Shown piece after piece: positions 60,875-64,000 of a stretch of 64,000 bases of DNA. Numbering within the stretch: position 1 is the stretch's first letter; every line of letters begins with the position of its first letter. The DNA comes from Patellaria atrata CBS 101060 (Eukaryota). The stretch covers positions 657,550 to 721,549 of the forward strand of contig MU006094.1 of the NCBI GenBank assembly GCA_010093705.1. The letters are read 5' to 3'. Both the position numbers and the translations under genes were made by a program. The notes beneath the pieces are model-generated. The model did no database searches, was not told the origin of the DNA, and saw only the letters and a list, made by a program, of their open reading frames with translations.

Positions 60875-63537
60875 TCAATCACGTCATGAATTTTCGAAAA
60901 TGTAAGCTTGATAGAGGAAACGCGTTGACAGTACAGGAAGAAAAGTAGAGATCGAAAACACGTCGTAAGTAGCGGGAGATGAAAACAGTACTGGGCCACA
61001 AATAATGAACGAAGTGGCTGCCTTAAATCGATCTCGAATTGATCTAGATCTAACAAAGTAGCTTGGCGATCGATCTAACCTTAACCTTAACAGGAGGCGC
61101 ACGGAGCACCCCCTTAGTTGCCAAGGAAAACCGGACTTTACTGTAAGGTTATCTCTCTACGGAAGTAATAAAGGTACAATCAACACGGCCATCAACACGA
61201 CCAACAGCAGGATCACGACGGAGCGATCTAGTACCCAACGGCGACTAGGGTGCAGCGGAGCGACTGAAACAACAAGGGCCTTGCGATCAGTAATCCATAT
61301 GATATCAGCAAAGCGATGATAATCAGTACGGGCTTTAAAAAATGAATTTAGTATGGGCCTGGAAAGAGCCATCATGAGAGAGCACTAAAAGGACAAGGTG
61401 AGATTTGGACAGGTTAGGAAAGAGTCGTATAAGCGAAATACACCAAGACATTGGATGAGAATTAGGAGTGGGACTACCTACGGCGACGGCGGAGCGATCT
61501 TAAAGGTCAAGAGTGGATACAAAGGTTATATCTACTTTTTCGTAGTACTAGCAGGTAACGTGTCTTTCTCACGTGTCGTTTGTTCGATCGATTACCGTTC
61601 CTAAGAGTCTCTTTCCATTTCTCCAGAAGGGTCAACCGAAGCTCTCAGCAGTTTGTTTTCCTGGATAGGAACCCCTTTCGACCAGCGATCTACGATCTTA
61701 TTCGTAAGGAGCATCTTAGGCTTGTTTACAACTCGGCTTTCCGAACCATGGATTATTATTAGTACAGGAGCTTCTTGTCTGTAATTTTTATTCGCATGAA
61801 ATTTCCACTTCATCACATACTCGGGGCTTACTTTCCTCACACCCAACGTCGTGCCTACAGCCCGCGTCCAATTTTACTCCGACTACCGCTTTAGGTATCA
61901 TGTGTACAAATGCCGTAGACGTTCAACGAATTTTATCACTACGCCCACTTGCCTCTTTAGGAATATACCCCACGTGGTATGCAACCGGACTGCTTCTCGA
62001 CCCGTCTACTGGCCTGTCTCAATACTTACCACCGTTTGTGGTAATCTGTTGATAGTACTAAAATTCTTGTTTCTGAGATAGTCCTGTACTAAAATAAAAT
62101 TTAGCATATTCCTTTCTCTTTCGTCATTAATTTCCGGCAAAATCCGGATCGGTTTTGTCTGAATTCCTACCAGCCATCTTGCGCGATGGCTTAATCTTAG
62201 ATTATTACTTAAGTAAAGCTTTTTTCATGATCATCATTCAACTCCTTGAACTACGATGCGCGTGTTCTTTAACTACTATGTTCTACCATGTTTTCGTCTT
62301 TTCGTATGATCCACAAGTCTACGTAGAAGGTACGTAAATTTCGATATCAGAATGAGTGAGACTATGATAGATGCTAACTGTAGCAATTCTGAAACTCTAT
62401 AAGAGAAGGAAATGACCAGTATACCTCTTCAAATTCGTGTAGCCGGCTGTCGGGCATTGAAAATTTACCTTTCAGGGAAGCGAGTGCTCCCAAAATTGCA
62501 GTAAGCTCTGTCCATTCATGTACTGTGCGCATAAGCTGACCTATAAGTTTGTTCAGAGCTCAGAGTGGCGTCTTTAGGAGTGTAGACTGACTGTTCAATC
62601 TATCTCACGAGTAGCGAATCATAGTTGTCCCTATCTCCCAGTCTTTCTTAGGTTAAGAGTGGACGACTCCACCCAAAAGCTGGCGCCCACAGTCGACTGT
62701 CCCGGGTCTGGAACATGTTACTTCTGCGCTTACCCGAAAATTTAACTCCTTTAGCCGTTTATAGACCAATGAGTTGTACGAAAATCGCCGAGGGGAAAGG
62801 AGACTAATCAATGCGACGTTTACACTCGCTAAACCAACTAGAACCCACCCATATCTATAGTATAAACATCGTAGATAAGGTACCCCTATGCCATTACGAT
62901 CAAACATCTCGGGTTTAGCATCACGACACCCAACAGTACAGCTGTGTAAATACTACCCACCTGATCTGGGTACTACGCTATAGCACGATTATTGTCGACT
63001 TTTCCTCATGGCCAAGCTTGGAATTTAGTTACATGTGTAATTCCCATCAGTGCGGTTGTGGGATTCTCGTTGTCGATGCACGACTCAACACTGTCGGTAT
63101 CACCTCGGTGCGATCCGTAAGGATCCAGGCCACTCCCAGAATCCCGATCAGATCCATCCACCTGAGATTAGATAGGATGAAAACTTTTTCCACCCGACGT
63201 CCGACCTCAGTCCAACCTCAATTCATCAATAAGACGCTATTTTCCGAGGAACCACTTCTTATTGTAGTCTATAACCAAGAGTTAAGAAGTCAAAGACCTA
63301 GGGAAAATTGAGGAGTTAGATCATTTCGCGAAATGCTATGATGTTTAAGAAGTGATAATGTAAAGATTCTAACATTTTCCAGCTACCTAAGAACATCACT
63401 GTACGCCAGACAAGCTTAATACATTATTCAGTGACAATCGTACGCTAAAGGCATTCCAATTACACCATCTCTAACATTAAGAGGGGAAAAACTCCGTGTC
63501 ATGTGACGCTCGAAAAACAAAAGGACGCGCCGATTTG

Positions 63538-64000
63538 TCAGTACAAGATCTTTGTCATTTCACGGTGGAAGTCCAATGCCGTGATGTCTGGGAAATGCGC
63601 CGGGTTCTCCTCGGTGACGAAATGCTTGATAGGACCAACGGATGCTCCTCTGTGAGCCTTGAAGAAGAAGACTGAGGAGTAGCGCTCAGGAATGCTACCA
63701 TCTTGCTGGTTCTGCAATCCCGGAGGGGTGTTGACCTGGTGCAGACCGCCGGTAACGACCTTGTTGGTCCATCGAGTGAAAGTATCGCTGGTGTTGACTA
63801 CCATCACGTTCTCTCCCGGGTTCACTGGGACAGGGGCAAAGCTGAATGGTTTGCGCCTGTCCTCGCATTCGAGACCACCTAGGCCGTCTTGGAAGAGAAG
63901 GGTGATGATACCGAAGTCAGTGTGGGGCCAAGCGCGCTTAATGAGACCCTTCTTGAGAGTCTCCACAGCGACTTCTGGGTAGTAGAGCATGCGCAGCTCG
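63538..64000 (-). CDS. 2-oxoglutarate/Fe(II) dioxygenase (IPNS/DIOX family), 3' part only
   Basis: ELRMLYYP, HTDFGIITLLFQD (HxD), GGLE, distal His (GLHQV), RYS motif; the gene continues beyond the window end. Confidence 0.9.
   Translation of the reverse strand, partial: ELRMLYYPEVAVETLKKGLIKRAWPHTDFGIITLLFQDGLGGLECEDRRKPFSFAPVPVNPGENVMVVNTSDTFTRWTNKVVTGGLHQVNTPPGLQNQQDGSIPERYSSVFFFKAHRGASVGPIKHFVTEENPAHFPDITALDFHREMTKILY

Noticed and set aside
61157..62130. Short minus-strand ORFs upstream of UVE1
   Set aside because: No coherent frame or motif; cannot be distinguished from intergenic DNA without a homology search.

Overview
Eukaryotic, intron-containing genomic DNA from a filamentous ascomycete (Pezizomycotina; short GT-AG introns with CTRAC/CTAAC branch points; the class cannot be fixed from sequence alone). 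About 23 intact or partial genes are present. The conserved ones are an MFS polyol/sugar transporter, CTF8, RPS6, calcipressin, HMG-CoA lyase, PEX14/17, IES2, SDH8, a HAUS4-like augmin subunit, MNN11, a DUF1996 protein, dynactin p150, APP1, SES1, UVE1 and a partial 2OG-Fe(II) oxygenase, plus several small secreted proteins. Interleaved with these are at least seven accessory genes broken mainly by C>T/G>A-type stop codons (RIP-like), although no autonomous transposon is visible. Notable observations: a DUF6540-like gene with three Trp-rich repeats interrupted by a single TGA at a Trp position; a 104-codon GUG-initiated N-terminal extension of APP1; dual in-frame starts in UVE1 (mitochondrial versus nuclear); a ~180 bp MITE-like inverted-repeat element in the PEX14/17-IES2 divergent promoter; a cluster of CCGTACGG-containing repeats; and a degenerate tRNA-like Pol III element. 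All family assignments come from motif recognition by eye, not database searches.
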